DNA of 40,361 bases from a virus, in IMG/VR virus record IMGVR_UViG_3300045988_155968, positions 1 through 40,361 of that record, one strand, 5' to 3'. A program made the position numbers and the translations under genes. Below, piece after piece: positions 25,529 through 34,115 of the stretch. A model generated the notes under the pieces. It was not told where the DNA came from. It did no database searches and was given only the letters and a program-made list of their open reading frames with translations. How positions within the stretch are numbered: the first letter of the stretch is position 1; each line of letters starts with the position of its first letter.

Positions 25529-25944
25529 GCTGCTTGATTCTCCTTTAGTTGTTCTTCTCGTTTGCGTTGTTTCCATGCCTTCTGCAACTGCCTTCGGTGC
25601 TCACGCCATGCGGGGTCGTCCTTGTGGCGCTCGAAGTATGCACGGCTCTTTTTCAATGAGTTGAGCCTTCCCTTCTCGGTAGCCCTGTAGCGTGCGCCTC
25701 TGCGCTTAGCGCTTGCCTTGCCACGAGAAGTATTGTCCCACTCTCGGTGCTTCTGCTTTCGCTCCGGCGTGGACTCCCTTTGGCGCTCCTTCTCGCGTAC
25801 CTCTGGGCGTTGCCGATATTGCCTCATGTACGTCTTCTTGTAGTTGCTTTCGTTCCTCTTTACGGGGTCTTCAATCCGCTGCGGCTTGTAGCTGTCGCGG
25901 TGCGCCTCGCTGCGCTCCGCTATCATCGATTCCCAGTCTTGCAT
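25525..25944 (-). CDS. Highly basic Arg/Lys-rich protein, 139 aa, a possible nucleic-acid-binding or regulatory (N-like) factor.
   Basis: ORF whose composition is more than 35 percent R/K/E. Confidence 0.4.
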   Translation of the reverse strand: MQDWESMIAERSEAHRDSYKPQRIEDPVKRNESNYKKTYMRQYRQRPEVREKERQRESTPERKQKHREWDNTSRGKASAKRRGARYRATEKGRLNSLKKSRAYFERHKDDPAWREHRRQLQKAWKQRKREEQLKENQAA

Positions 25945-26270
25945 TCATCTAAACCGTTTATTATCAGCTTGATGCGTTCCGCTTCGCCTTCGAGTTCTTT
26001 CTTGCGCTTTTCGCGGGTTCGTCCGTCATTCTCCATGAAGAGCCAGCACTTGTACATCATGCCGTAAAGCCTGTTCTTTTCATTGACAACTTCGGAAATC
26101 TTGTCGCGCTCTTCGATAAGGAGCTTTGCAAGAGTCCTTTCTGTAGGGGTTGATTTTTCGCTGTTGGCTATCACCAAGAGCTGTTTTCTATATACCTTTA
26201 TTCCGTTGTTAATGCAGTAACCGGCTTTCATCTCTTTTCCGCATTCGCTGCAAATTCTTTTTTCTGCCAT
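25923..26270 (-). CDS. Hypothetical protein with an N-terminal Cys cluster (CSECGK...GYC).
   Basis: ORF with an RBS (AAGGAGA). Confidence 0.45.
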   Translation of the reverse strand: MAEKRICSECGKEMKAGYCINNGIKVYRKQLLVIANSEKSTPTERTLAKLLIEERDKISEVVNEKNRLYGMMYKCWLFMENDGRTREKRKKELEGEAERIKLIINGLDECKTGNR

Positions 26271-26309
26271 TTGTGATTTCTCCTTATTTAAACTTTTGCC
26301 CGTTTTCGC

Positions 26310-26732
26310 TCACGCCACATACTTCGCTATGCGGTCGCAAGCCTTGCGGCACAGCGCCACGAGCTTCTTCTTGCCTTCCTTGTAATTGTCCAAGTTTCTG
26401 TCGTACCCACATACGGAATGAATGAAGTCATTGTATATTGCATCGACAAGTGTCTTTATAGAGTTGTTCCTGTGGCAATTAAAACTTTGTTCGTTAATTG
26501 GGCTTCCGCTTCCATACGTTCCTACCATGTAGTCAAATTCGTAGTAGATATATTTTCCGAACCTGCAAAGCTTGATTTCGATGTTATCCCGCGTCAGCTT
26601 GCCTTCGCGAAATTTCAGAACGTTGTCCACGAATACTCCGCAGTCATTCTTCCCGCCTTCGGGTATGTTGCTCAATAGCCATTGTCCGTGACCTTCGAGC
26701 AGGTCGAATAAGTCCATCTGTCCGTTGTCCAT
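26310..26732 (-). CDS. Hypothetical protein, 140 aa.
   Basis: ORF with an RBS (GGAGAGG). Its start overlaps the stop of the pentapeptide-repeat gene (TGATG). Confidence 0.45.
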   Translation of the reverse strand: MDNGQMDLFDLLEGHGQWLLSNIPEGGKNDCGVFVDNVLKFREGKLTRDNIEIKLCRFGKYIYYEFDYMVGTYGSGSPINEQSFNCHRNNSIKTLVDAIYNDFIHSVCGYDRNLDNYKEGKKKLVALCRKACDRIAKYVA

Positions 26733-27463
26733 CAGTACCTCTCCGCTTCTTCACGTGTCCTAAAGAAATGGAATCCGCTCGCGCACTCCACGTTGTACAT
26801 GAGGTTGAAATCCTCTATCTCGATGTCTTGACCCAAGCGGTACTTAAAATCGTTGTCATGTTGGCTGTGCAGCACAACCTTTCCGCCCATGTCAGTAATC
26901 TTGGCTCGGTTTGTTCGGCACTTGGAGTTGTTGATGCTGAACACTATCGCCCCTGCCGGAATCGTGGCGGTGATGATTACACCTTCGTTAGTTTTCTTGT
27001 AGCCCGTTATCGGTTCCTTGAGTATCTGTCCGAGCCGAGGCTTTTCTTTTTCGTCAAGATTGGCGCCGTACAAATTGGCGCCGTACAAATTGGCGCCGGA
27101 CAAATCGGCGCTGGACAAATTGGCGCCGGACAAATCGGCGCCGGACAAATTGGCGCCGGACAAATCGGCGCCGGACAAATCGGCGCCGGACAAATCGGCG
27201 CCGGACAAATCGGCGCCGGACAAATCGGCGCTGGACAAATCGGCGCCGTACAAATTGGCGCCGGACAAATCGGCGCCGGACAAATCGGCGCCGGACAAAT
27301 CGGCGCTGGACAAATTGGCGCCGGACAAATCGGCGCCGGACAAATCGGCGCCGGACAAATTGGCGCCGGACAAATCGACGCGCATATTCTTCCATCCTTC
27401 GCAGTCCTCTTTCAGCCAGTGCTGGTGATTCTCGATTACTTTGTTCAATTCTTCCTTTATCAT
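26732..27463 (-). CDS. Pentapeptide-repeat protein (more than 20 tandem A[D/N]LSG units) with a non-repeat C-terminal domain.
   Basis: The protein reads ...[29 protein letters not shown]... The start at MIKEELNKV has an RBS (ACGGAGAA), and the upstream in-frame extension to 27568 lacks an RBS. Confidence 0.75.
   Translation of the reverse strand: MIKEELNKVIENHQHWLKEDCEGWKNMRVDLSGANLSGADLSGADLSGANLSSADLSGADLSGADLSGANLYGADLSSADLSGADLSGADLSGADLSGADLSGANLSGADLSGANLSSADLSGANLYGANLYGANLDEKEKPRLGQILKEPITGYKKTNEGVIITATIPAGAIVFSINNSKCRTNRAKITDMGGKVVLHSQHDNDFKYRLGQDIEIEDFNLMYNVECASGFHFFRTREEAERY
27057..27378. repeat. About 22 near-identical 15-bp tandem DNA repeats (GGCGCCGGACAAATC and variants) encoding the pentapeptide repeats.
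   Basis: Seen directly in the sequence. Units differ at only 1-2 positions. Confidence 0.9.
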
Positions 27464-27640
27464 TAGTGATTCTCCGTTGTAAAAATTCCGTCTTTTAGCG
27501 CTGGATACGCAACCAGCTCCGCACGGGTCGTGTAATACCAAGAGGGGGTTAATGGTTGTTCCGTGCAAATTGTTCCCTCCGGCGGTGGTGAGGTGATAAG
27601 CGTGTTGTGAATGTGTCGTACCGCCATCGGGATTGTTAGA

Positions 27641-27716
27641 GGCTCCTGCGGGACTCGAACCCGCGACTTCCGCTATCTTGTGGTCTTGATATCGTTACCA
27701 CTCGCTCTAGCAGCGC
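27641..27716 (-). other. tRNA-like remnant: a canonical T-arm plus acceptor 3' half (GCGGG-TTCGAGT-CCCGC-AGGAGCC) for which no 5' cloverleaf half could be folded.
   Basis: Minus-strand GGTTCGAGTCC T-loop signature. A 5' acceptor strand, D-arm and anticodon arm could not be fitted by hand, so this is a possible tRNA fragment or pseudo-tRNA. Confidence 0.25.
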
Positions 27717-27747
27717 ACTAACCATCTGTGCTAAGGAGTTTGTTAAT

Positions 27748-28039
<292 letters not shown>

Positions 28040-28056
<17 letters not shown>

Positions 28057-28441
28057 ACGAGTAGACCTCTTTCAGCCACTTGGCAGATTCCTTAGTGCAG
28101 GGGAGAATTTCGAAAACGTCCAGCAAAAGGATTTCGTTCTTAGACGGTTCTGAGAACTTGCAGTTTTCAGCCTTTCGCGGTCCGTTGTTTGCGAGTTCCG
28201 TAAGCGTAAACTTGCTATCCCATTTCCACAGGCGACGAGCCTGTGCAACCTTGACCGCGTTGTGGCTACCGAATACGGGGTGTTCTACGAGATAGCCTGC
28301 GTGTACACCGCATTCGTGACCACGGAAAATACAGTAAGGATGATTAGCGTCGTCTTCGTCAAAAGACGGTGCGTTGGTGGCTATAGACGATTTCTTGACG
28401 TAGATTTCGCCGTTGAAGTTGATTTCTTCCAATTCTAACAT
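28040..28441 (-). CDS. Hypothetical protein, 133 aa.
   Basis: ORF in the early leftward operon. Confidence 0.45.
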
Positions 28442-28475
28442 ATTACTTTATCCTTTAAGTTGAGGTTAAACTTAG

Positions 28476-28559
28476 CGGAAGATGGTGGACTCGAACCATC
28501 AAGCGGATTAACCGCGTCTCTTTAGCAAAGAGATTCCTTACCAGTTAGGCTAATCTTCC
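28476..28559 (-). tRNA. tRNA-Ser (anticodon GCU), type II with a long variable arm.
   Basis: Manual fold of the minus strand: acceptor GGAAGAT/ATCTTCC, D-loop AACTGGTAA, anticodon stem TCTCT/AGAGA with loop TTGCTAA, variable arm GCGG-TTAAT-CCGC, T-arm GATGG-TTCGAGT-CCACC, discriminator G. Confidence 0.7.
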
Positions 28560-28948
28560 ATTGACCACGCACGGGGAAGCAAATCACGGGATATTTATTT
28601 AACTCATTTTTTCCTCGCGCGTGGGTGCTTCGGGCGTGGCATAAACAACAGAGAGCTTCCGAATCGTTCGCAGAAACAACGATCATCCGGTTTAAAGTTG
28701 ATTGTTTTTCCTGTTTTGGATTTGGTTACTCGTCACGCCTTCGGCTTCGCCGTGGGCTAAAGTTGGGCTCGCACGGCGAAAACTTTTTTAAAACCCCTTA
28801 CTTCTTCGGCGGTTTCTTGCCGCCGTTCTTCTTGCCTCCGCAAGCCATACGCGCCTCCTTTGGTTAATCGTTCAATCCTAGCGGATATACCGCGTACAGG
28901 GTTAGACAAGATGTAGTCCGGCTGCCTGTCGCCTGTACGCGGTTCTGT

Positions 28949-29143
28949 TTACAGTCCTTCCTTGCCGATGAAGAGCAAGGCTTCCTCGATGGCGTTCTGC
29001 GCGACCTTGATGTTTCGCGTATCGCCGCATTCCTTGAGAAGTTCCGACGCCTTCACGAGGTAGTCCCTCGGTCCGTGCTTCACTGGAGTTTCCTCGGTTT
29101 TCGGAGCTTCGTTCACTTCGAGTTTTTCTTTATTTTGCGTCAT
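28949..29143 (-). CDS. Hypothetical protein, 64 aa.
   Basis: ORF. Confidence 0.35.
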   Translation of the reverse strand: MTQNKEKLEVNEAPKTEETPVKHGPRDYLVKASELLKECGDTRNIKVAQNAIEEALLFIGKEGL

Positions 29144-29164
29144 TATTGTTCCTTTTGTTGATTG

Positions 29165-29701
29165 TTAGAATGGAAGGTCGTCCGCGGATTCCGCCGTGTC
29201 GTTCGTGGGCCACTGCTGTGCCTGCTGAGTGTTCACTCGCTGCTGTCCGTAGGCTGGCCCCTTCTGCGGAGGCTTGTGGTACTTGCCCGTTCTAAGAACG
29301 GAGTCGTAGCGCTGGCTGATACTCCTTGCCATGTCGTCGCTCGCGGAACGGAGTCCGCGGTTCGCAAAACTGCCCGGCTTGTTGACGAACTTCACCTTCT
29401 CGGTAGTCTGCCCGTTGTACTCGGACATTTCCGTGGAAATCTCGCATTCGAGACCCGCCATGGTGTCGGGGTAATTCAGGTCGATGAGGGTCTGCCCGGT
29501 AAATCCGAGTTCGCGAAGCGTCTGCACCGTCTTCTCGGCGGCCTTTTCCGAGAGCCACAGGTCAGCGACGAACTTCTTCTGGACTTCGGTGTCGTTGTCC
29601 AGGTCGCGTGTCGTCATCACCATCATGCGGACGCTCGGTGTGTGCTTCTCCTTCGATTCCGCGAGACTCGTGCTCACGATCGTAGCTGCGTAGTTAGCCA
29701 T
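29165..29701 (-). CDS. Putative single-stranded DNA-binding protein (SSB-like), with a Gln/Gly-rich linker and an acidic C-terminal tip DDLPF.
   Basis: The C-terminus ...AESADDLPF resembles the SSB DDDIPF tail, and the gene is adjacent to the recombination ATPase. The N-terminus is not a classical OB-fold by eye. Confidence 0.4.
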   Translation of the reverse strand: MANYAATIVSTSLAESKEKHTPSVRMMVMTTRDLDNDTEVQKKFVADLWLSEKAAEKTVQTLRELGFTGQTLIDLNYPDTMAGLECEISTEMSEYNGQTTEKVKFVNKPGSFANRGLRSASDDMARSISQRYDSVLRTGKYHKPPQKGPAYGQQRVNTQQAQQWPTNDTAESADDLPF

Positions 29702-30620
29702 TTGCGGCCTCCTTCTTTTCTTCTGTTACGTTGATGTTCTGCTTTACGCGGTAGCTGTTGACCTTCTGCGCGAGCTGCTGGGTGGTCCACTTGCCCGATT
29801 CGATCCACTTCGTAGCCTTCTGCGCGATGTCGGGGCGCATGCTCTTCACGTAGCCCATGAACTCGGCCTTGAGGGCTTCCGTGTCCTGCGGCTGTCCCTG
29901 CGTGATGGCCTCCATGATGGCCGCCATGTCGAGCGGCATTACTTCGGGTAACCCGTAGCGGTTCTTGGCGTCCCATGCCGCGCTGTGTGTAGTCTGCACG
30001 ATGCGTCCGTCACCGCCGTATGCCTTCGAGCGTATGCCGTCCTTGCGTGTGTACATGTCGAACTGCGCGAACAGTACGCAGTCGCACCACTCGCGGAAGA
30101 TGCCGGAAATCTTGGAGTTCAGCTTGGATTCGAAGTGGTCGTAGTTGTCGCCCACGGGATTGTTCACGGTCTTTACCTGCGAATGGCAGAGGAGGAGTAC
30201 GTTCATCCCGTCCGAGTTCAGGCGGTCGAGGCGCATGAGGAGCTGTCTAGCTTCCTGCTGGGCCACGACGTAGCCCTTGCCGTAGCCGAAGTCCTCGATG
30301 TTCTTGTGTCCGTTCTTCGCGCATACGTGGCTGTAGAGCATCGGTTCCACCCAGTCGAGCGTGTCGATGACGATGGTCTTGAAGTCGCCCTTGTTCGCGG
30401 CGAGTTCGTCGAGGAACTGGAGGATTTCTCCCCAGTTCTCGGGAGTGAAGCTCGGGATGTCCGCGAACTGGGGACCGACAAGGCCGGATTCGCCGCACAC
30501 GAAGACAGGGTTCGGCATGGAGGCCCCGGCGGTTGACTTGCCTACGCCTTCCACGCCTATCATCATGATTCGCGGTGCGCGGGGCGTCTGCTTCTTTGTG
30601 ATTTTTTCGAGTAATGACAT
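29694..30620 (-). CDS. Sak4-like / AAA_24-family recombination ATPase (RecA-like).
   Basis: Walker A IMMIGVEGVGKST near the N-terminus, IVIDTLDWV (Walker B-like), a size near 300 aa, and genomic context with SSB and a nuclease. Confidence 0.6.
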   Translation of the reverse strand: MSLLEKITKKQTPRAPRIMMIGVEGVGKSTAGASMPNPVFVCGESGLVGPQFADIPSFTPENWGEILQFLDELAANKGDFKTIVIDTLDWVEPMLYSHVCAKNGHKNIEDFGYGKGYVVAQQEARQLLMRLDRLNSDGMNVLLLCHSQVKTVNNPVGDNYDHFESKLNSKISGIFREWCDCVLFAQFDMYTRKDGIRSKAYGGDGRIVQTTHSAAWDAKNRYGLPEVMPLDMAAIMEAITQGQPQDTEALKAEFMGYVKSMRPDIAQKATKWIESGKWTTQQLAQKVNSYRVKQNINVTEEKKEAANG

Positions 30621-30646
30621 TGTTTTATTTCTCCGTTTGTGTTGTT

Positions 30647-31660
30647 CTAAAGTTCCTCGTTAACCTTCTCCGCCTTCCTGAAAAGCGTCACGTCGTCGAT
30701 GGACGCGCATCCCGTGCACACGTCGAAGTATTCGCACTGGCCGTACATGCTGCATGCGTTCGGGTTCCTGCTGAAACGTCCCATTCGTTCCGCGTCCGCT
30801 ATTTCACGTCCCACGGCCCACATGTCGAACAGGTATTCCGCGAGGTCGTCCGAGCTTCGCGCCACGTCTAGACGTGCGAAGTAGTAGTCGGGCCTTTCCG
30901 CTATGTCGGCCGCCAGGCGTTCGCCGTATTCCTCCGGAGTCTCCTCGCGTGTCATGAGAATAATTCCGTTGTCCTTGTCCGCGGACTGCCTCGGCTTTCC
31001 GTTCTTGAGGTAGGCGCGTTCGCCGGAATCCTCGTACACGGCGATTTTGAGCCCTTCCTCGTCAAGTACGGGGATGCTGGAGGAAGGCTTGATAGACGGC
31101 TTGCGGATGACATCGTAAAGGCAGTTCTGCGCGTCGTAGCCTGCGGCCTGCGCTCCTACATAGTAGCCGCTCACCTGACCGTCGATGGGAATCTTCTTCC
31201 AGTAGTCGGAACCGGGGCCTATGTCCTGCGAGGTGGTCTTGTGCTCGACAATGACAATCCTTCCCGTGTCCTTCTCCCTGGCGATTGCGTCGATCTTCCC
31301 GGCGAGCGTCCACGTCCTCGACACGGCGCCCGTCTCCGGGTTCATTAGGGGAGCCTCGAACCCGATCTCGGCGCCTAGCGAGTCATATTTGGAGACGTCG
31401 TTGAGGTACTTGAGGCAGTATCCGTCGAAGAGCTTGCGGAGCGTGACGGCCTTGAACGGGTCGTCGAGGGCGAACAGGTCCTCCGTGATTTCCTCGCGCT
31501 TCCAGTAGCGTTCGAGCAGAGCGTGGAACGCCGTACCGAAGGAGAGCGCGTCGGAAGCAACCACCGGGCGCTTCATTTCAACGTATGCCAGCTTGTACGC
31601 CCTGTGGCACTGGGCGAACTTCGAGCGCATAGAGTTAGTAAGAAGTCTTAGGTTTTCCAT
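30647..31660 (-). CDS. PD-(D/E)xK nuclease of the Cas4/RecB family (phage exonuclease) with a 4-Cys cluster.
   Basis: IVIVEHKTT (ExK) motif, Cys near the N-terminus (QCHRAY) and a C-terminal CSMYGQCEYFDVCTGC, as in Cas4/AddB-type nuclease domains. Confidence 0.65.
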   Translation of the reverse strand: MENLRLLTNSMRSKFAQCHRAYKLAYVEMKRPVVASDALSFGTAFHALLERYWKREEITEDLFALDDPFKAVTLRKLFDGYCLKYLNDVSKYDSLGAEIGFEAPLMNPETGAVSRTWTLAGKIDAIAREKDTGRIVIVEHKTTSQDIGPGSDYWKKIPIDGQVSGYYVGAQAAGYDAQNCLYDVIRKPSIKPSSSIPVLDEEGLKIAVYEDSGERAYLKNGKPRQSADKDNGIILMTREETPEEYGERLAADIAERPDYYFARLDVARSSDDLAEYLFDMWAVGREIADAERMGRFSRNPNACSMYGQCEYFDVCTGCASIDDVTLFRKAEKVNEEL

Positions 31661-31756
31661 AGTAGTCCTTAAACATAGTAGTCCTTAAAGATTGAGGGCT
31701 CCATCTTGACATTGGGGATTTGCTTAGTCGCCCTCGGACCATGATCTTCCCGATTC

Positions 31757-32002
31757 CTATATCGCCCTTCCCTTCTCCATGACTTCGAGCGCGAAGCTGT
31801 CGAGCCATTCCTGCGGGAACCACATCGGCGAGCCGCTTGTCATCTGGATGAACTTCACCCGTACCTTCGCCCGTCCGGCGCGTGTCGCGGCGACAATCCT
31901 GTCCAGCGTAGAAGTGGAGAGCCCCACGTACTTTGCGGCCAAGTCCCTGTTGAGACACTTCATGCCGCCGATAACCTTGGTGTCCGGCTGTTTCTTCATC
32001 AT
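31757..32002 (-). CDS. Small HTH DNA-binding protein (AlpA/excisionase/MerR-like).
   Basis: The helix-turn-helix is LNRDLAAKYVGLSTSTLDRIVA. Its ATGA is coupled to a 31-aa TM micro-ORF upstream (32009..32104, not in the track). Confidence 0.5.
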   Translation of the reverse strand: MMKKQPDTKVIGGMKCLNRDLAAKYVGLSTSTLDRIVAATRAGRAKVRVKFIQMTSGSPMWFPQEWLDSFALEVMEKGRAI

Positions 32003-32090
32003 CCCTCCGCTATCGCGGCAAGCGACATGAGCAGGTAGAACATCACGAATATTCCCGCGAACGTCACGTACTTGAGCAGTGTCTCGTCAT

Positions 32091-32303
32091 TCATCTGTCC
32101 CCTCCAATAAGAAGCTGAGCTAACCGTTCGAGCTCGGCGAAAGTGTTCCTGAACCCGCTATTTTCCTTGCGTTCGACCGAGACCTTGATGTCTCGCGGAA
32201 CTACGCCGTATGCGTGGATGTGGGCGTCGTCGGTCTCGCCTATCACTTCGAGCTTCCAGTTTCCCTTGCGCGACTTGCGCGGGTGAAAATATCTTGTGTC
32301 CAT
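32091..32303 (-). CDS. Hypothetical protein, 70 aa.
   Basis: ORF. Confidence 0.35.
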   Translation of the reverse strand: MDTRYFHPRKSRKGNWKLEVIGETDDAHIHAYGVVPRDIKVSVERKENSGFRNTFAELERLAQLLIGGDR

Positions 32304-32578
32304 TACAGTCCCCCGTAGTTATCAATGACGAAATAGAGCACGAATGCGAACGTGAGGAGCACGGCGCACAGGATGAGAGCGTCGGCGAGGATGATGTCAA
32401 AATCGTACTCGTCGAGCAGGTCCATTAGCGCTTCCTTAATCTGTTGGAGCTTGTACTTTAACATATCGGTCCTCGATGTGTAGTTTGTTTGGATTTCACT
32501 TGTGTACGTTGTTCCGTCGTAAGCAGGCTTACGCTCGAAGTGCATCTTGAATATCACGACTCGTGGTTCCATCATCCG
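32303..32578 (-). CDS. Hypothetical small membrane protein, about 91 aa, with a C-terminal TM.
   Basis: Internal start MMEPRVV with an ATGA overlap to the 32572..33057 gene, and a hydrophobic C-terminus ILCAVLLTFAFVLYFVI. Confidence 0.35.
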   Translation of the reverse strand, partial: RMMEPRVVIFKMHFERKPAYDGTTYTSEIQTNYTSRTDMLKYKLQQIKEALMDLLDEYDFDIILADALILCAVLLTFAFVLYFVIDNYGGL

Positions 32579-33057
32579 TTCCTTCTTTTGCGTTTCTTCG
32601 CCACGGACGCGCAGTACGCCTTGCACGCGGCTTCCCAGTTCATTATAGGGTTCCCGTCCTTGTCCTTGCCCTTGCGTTCCTTCAAGTTGATCTGTGCCCA
32701 TTCCACTGCGTCATCGACGTCTATTCCGTTATCTACTGCGAAGTCTATAACTTCCTGTTTCGTCTTCGGTAGCGACTTGGCGTTTTCAACCTGTCCCCGT
32801 TCTCTCCATCTCTTGAGCGCGGCTTTTCTCCTAATCTCGGCGAAGTCTATAGATTCGTTAATCATTATTGATTCTATGGAGCCTTCTTGAGAACTGTTCG
32901 ATATGAGCCTTTTTATCATTACCTTGAATCTCTTTCCGGCCTGGCAGTCCGTCATGGTCAGAATTTCAATCCAGTCAGAAGGGAAGAACTTGAACCAAGT
33001 GAACCTCTTACGATTTCTCTTTGGCTCGTCTATGCTCATCTTCGACCAGCCTGTCAA
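32572..33057 (-). CDS. Hypothetical protein with a DUF1376-like N-terminal motif, a possible replication or primosome-associated protein.
   Basis: N-terminal FTWFKFFPSDWIEIL...GKRFKVMIKRL resembles the W-x-F...DW...G-x-Y pattern of DUF1376 phage proteins. Low certainty. Confidence 0.35.
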   Translation of the reverse strand: MTGWSKMSIDEPKRNRKRFTWFKFFPSDWIEILTMTDCQAGKRFKVMIKRLISNSSQEGSIESIMINESIDFAEIRRKAALKRWRERGQVENAKSLPKTKQEVIDFAVDNGIDVDDAVEWAQINLKERKGKDKDGNPIMNWEAACKAYCASVAKKRKRRNG

Positions 33058-33163
33058 CTATCGAACCGATGGAGTCACGCTTGTTTTCTTTTTTGGACTC
33101 CTCCTTCATTTCGACTAGCAACTTGTGAGTATGTCCGCTCACCTTTACCATTTTTTCGTTCAT
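33008..33163 (-). CDS. Cro-like ribbon-helix-helix regulator, about 51 aa, the first gene of the leftward early operon.
   Basis: Internal start MNEKMVKVSGHTHKLLVEMKEE with an RBS (GGAGGTAGCA). Alternating hydrophobic pattern after the beta-strand region. It is divergent from the CI-like gene. Confidence 0.45.
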   Translation of the reverse strand: MNEKMVKVSGHTHKLLVEMKEESKKENKRDSIGSIVDRLVEDEHRRAKEKS

Positions 33164-33264
33164 TGCTACCTCTGTCCTGTTATAAAAAGAAAAGTGTTTT
33201 GTCACTGTATGTTCACTTTTACGATACAAAGATATAATATTTTTCAACAAATAGTGTAAAAAAA

Positions 33265-33332
33265 GTAAACAAAAATAGTTATTTTTTGTTTACAATCGCC
33301 ATTTAAACGTTATTCGAGTCCAACTTGTTTAC
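33265..33332. promoter_or_regulatory. Genetic-switch operator and promoter region: a 29-bp near-perfect palindrome GTAAACA-N15-TGTTTAC (33265..33293) plus a third TGTTTAC half-site (33326..33332) in an AT-rich divergent intergenic region.
   Basis: Inverted and direct repeats read from the sequence, lying between the divergent RHH (-) and XRE-HTH (+) genes. Confidence 0.5.
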
Positions 33333-33353
33333 TTTTTTTCTACCTTGGTTCGC

Positions 33354-33776
33354 ATGGACCGCAAAAAGTCGCTTGAAATATTTTCAAGCGGATTCGACAA
33401 ATTCATAAAAAGGAACGGCTACACGCTGGAACAGGTAGGCGATTTGCTTGGCTGCGGAAGGTCAAACGTACACAAGATAAAGTCCGGGAAAAATTTTCCG
33501 TCTATGGACGGCGTTTTCATCCTTGCGGAAAAGGGGATGACACTCGAAGAAATTTTTGGCGACGAGCTTGCGGACAAATTAATAAAAAGCGCATCCAAGA
33601 ACAACGTAACGGACAACAGCGAAAGCCCTAAAGTAAACGCATTGCGGGACGACACAAGCTTCATAAATTCGGAAGCGTTCAAGCAGGGAGTACTGAAAGT
33701 GTTGAGCGAGCAGCAGATTCTAGAGTTCAAGATGAACCAGTCGCTGGACAAGCTCATGGGAGAAATAAAGAAATAA
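33354..33776 (+). CDS. CI-like repressor (XRE-family HTH), about 140 aa, the only rightward gene within the early region.
   Basis: The HTH is LEQVGDLLGCGRSNVHKIKSGKNFPS. It is divergent from the Cro-like gene and convergent with the upstream leftward operon. Confidence 0.55.
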   Translation: MDRKKSLEIFSSGFDKFIKRNGYTLEQVGDLLGCGRSNVHKIKSGKNFPSMDGVFILAEKGMTLEEIFGDELADKLIKSASKNNVTDNSESPKVNALRDDTSFINSEAFKQGVLKVLSEQQILEFKMNQSLDKLMGEIKK

Positions 33777-33781
33777 AAAAA

Positions 33782-33811
33782 AGGACGGCACGAGCCGCCC
33801 CGGTACGTCCT
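33782..33811 (-). terminator. Hairpin AGGACG...CGTCCT with a T-run on the minus strand (A-run 33771..33781), a terminator at the end of the upstream leftward operon.
   Basis: 6-bp GC stem with the internal mini-hairpin GGCACGAGCC. Confidence 0.45.
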
Positions 33812-33827
33812 CCCATGCGGGATCGCG

Positions 33828-34115
33828 TCACTTGTCCCTCTTTTCGACAAATTCCTTTTTAAGCTCCTCAAGCTGGACAGTAGGCTGTTCCTGTAGCGAG
33901 AGCAGCACGACCTTCTTGGAAAGTTCCTCCTCCATGAGAGCGTATGCGCGTTCCATAGAATTGAGAAGTATCTCCAGCACCTGTTCGCTGCCCATTCCTT
34001 TATTGAGGGCTTCCCTTGAGAATCCCGAGTGTTCCTTGAGCCACAGTACGGTGGACTTCATGGACTCACGTTTACCCTTGCAGTAAGCAATCTCGAAGAG
34101 TTCGTCCGAGTTCAT
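33828..34115 (-). CDS. Hypothetical protein, about 95 aa.
   Basis: ORF with an RBS (AAGGAGAAAATAAA-ATG). Confidence 0.4.
   Translation of the reverse strand: MNSDELFEIAYCKGKRESMKSTVLWLKEHSGFSREALNKGMGSEQVLEILLNSMERAYALMEEELSKKVVLLSLQEQPTVQLEELKKEFVEKRDK

Noticed and set aside
26768-27466. + strand ORFs (232 aa and 136 aa) and the minus-strand RRFVRR ORF 27054..27395 across the 15-bp repeat tract.
   Set aside because: These are alternative frames of the same tandem repeat. Only the minus-strand A(D/N)LSG frame has an RBS, gene coupling and a recognisable protein family.
27641-27716. Calling the T-arm/acceptor signature a full tRNA gene.
   Set aside because: No 5' acceptor strand, D-arm or anticodon arm could be paired by hand. 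It is kept only as a tRNA-like remnant at low confidence.
28625-28867. 80-aa + strand ORF in the non-coding stretch after tRNA-Ser.
   Set aside because: It has no RBS and a low-complexity composition. The region is more likely regulatory or a small RNA.
29985-30536. + strand 183-aa ORF inside the Sak4-like ATPase gene.
   Set aside because: It is antisense to a gene with a Walker A motif and no independent signals.
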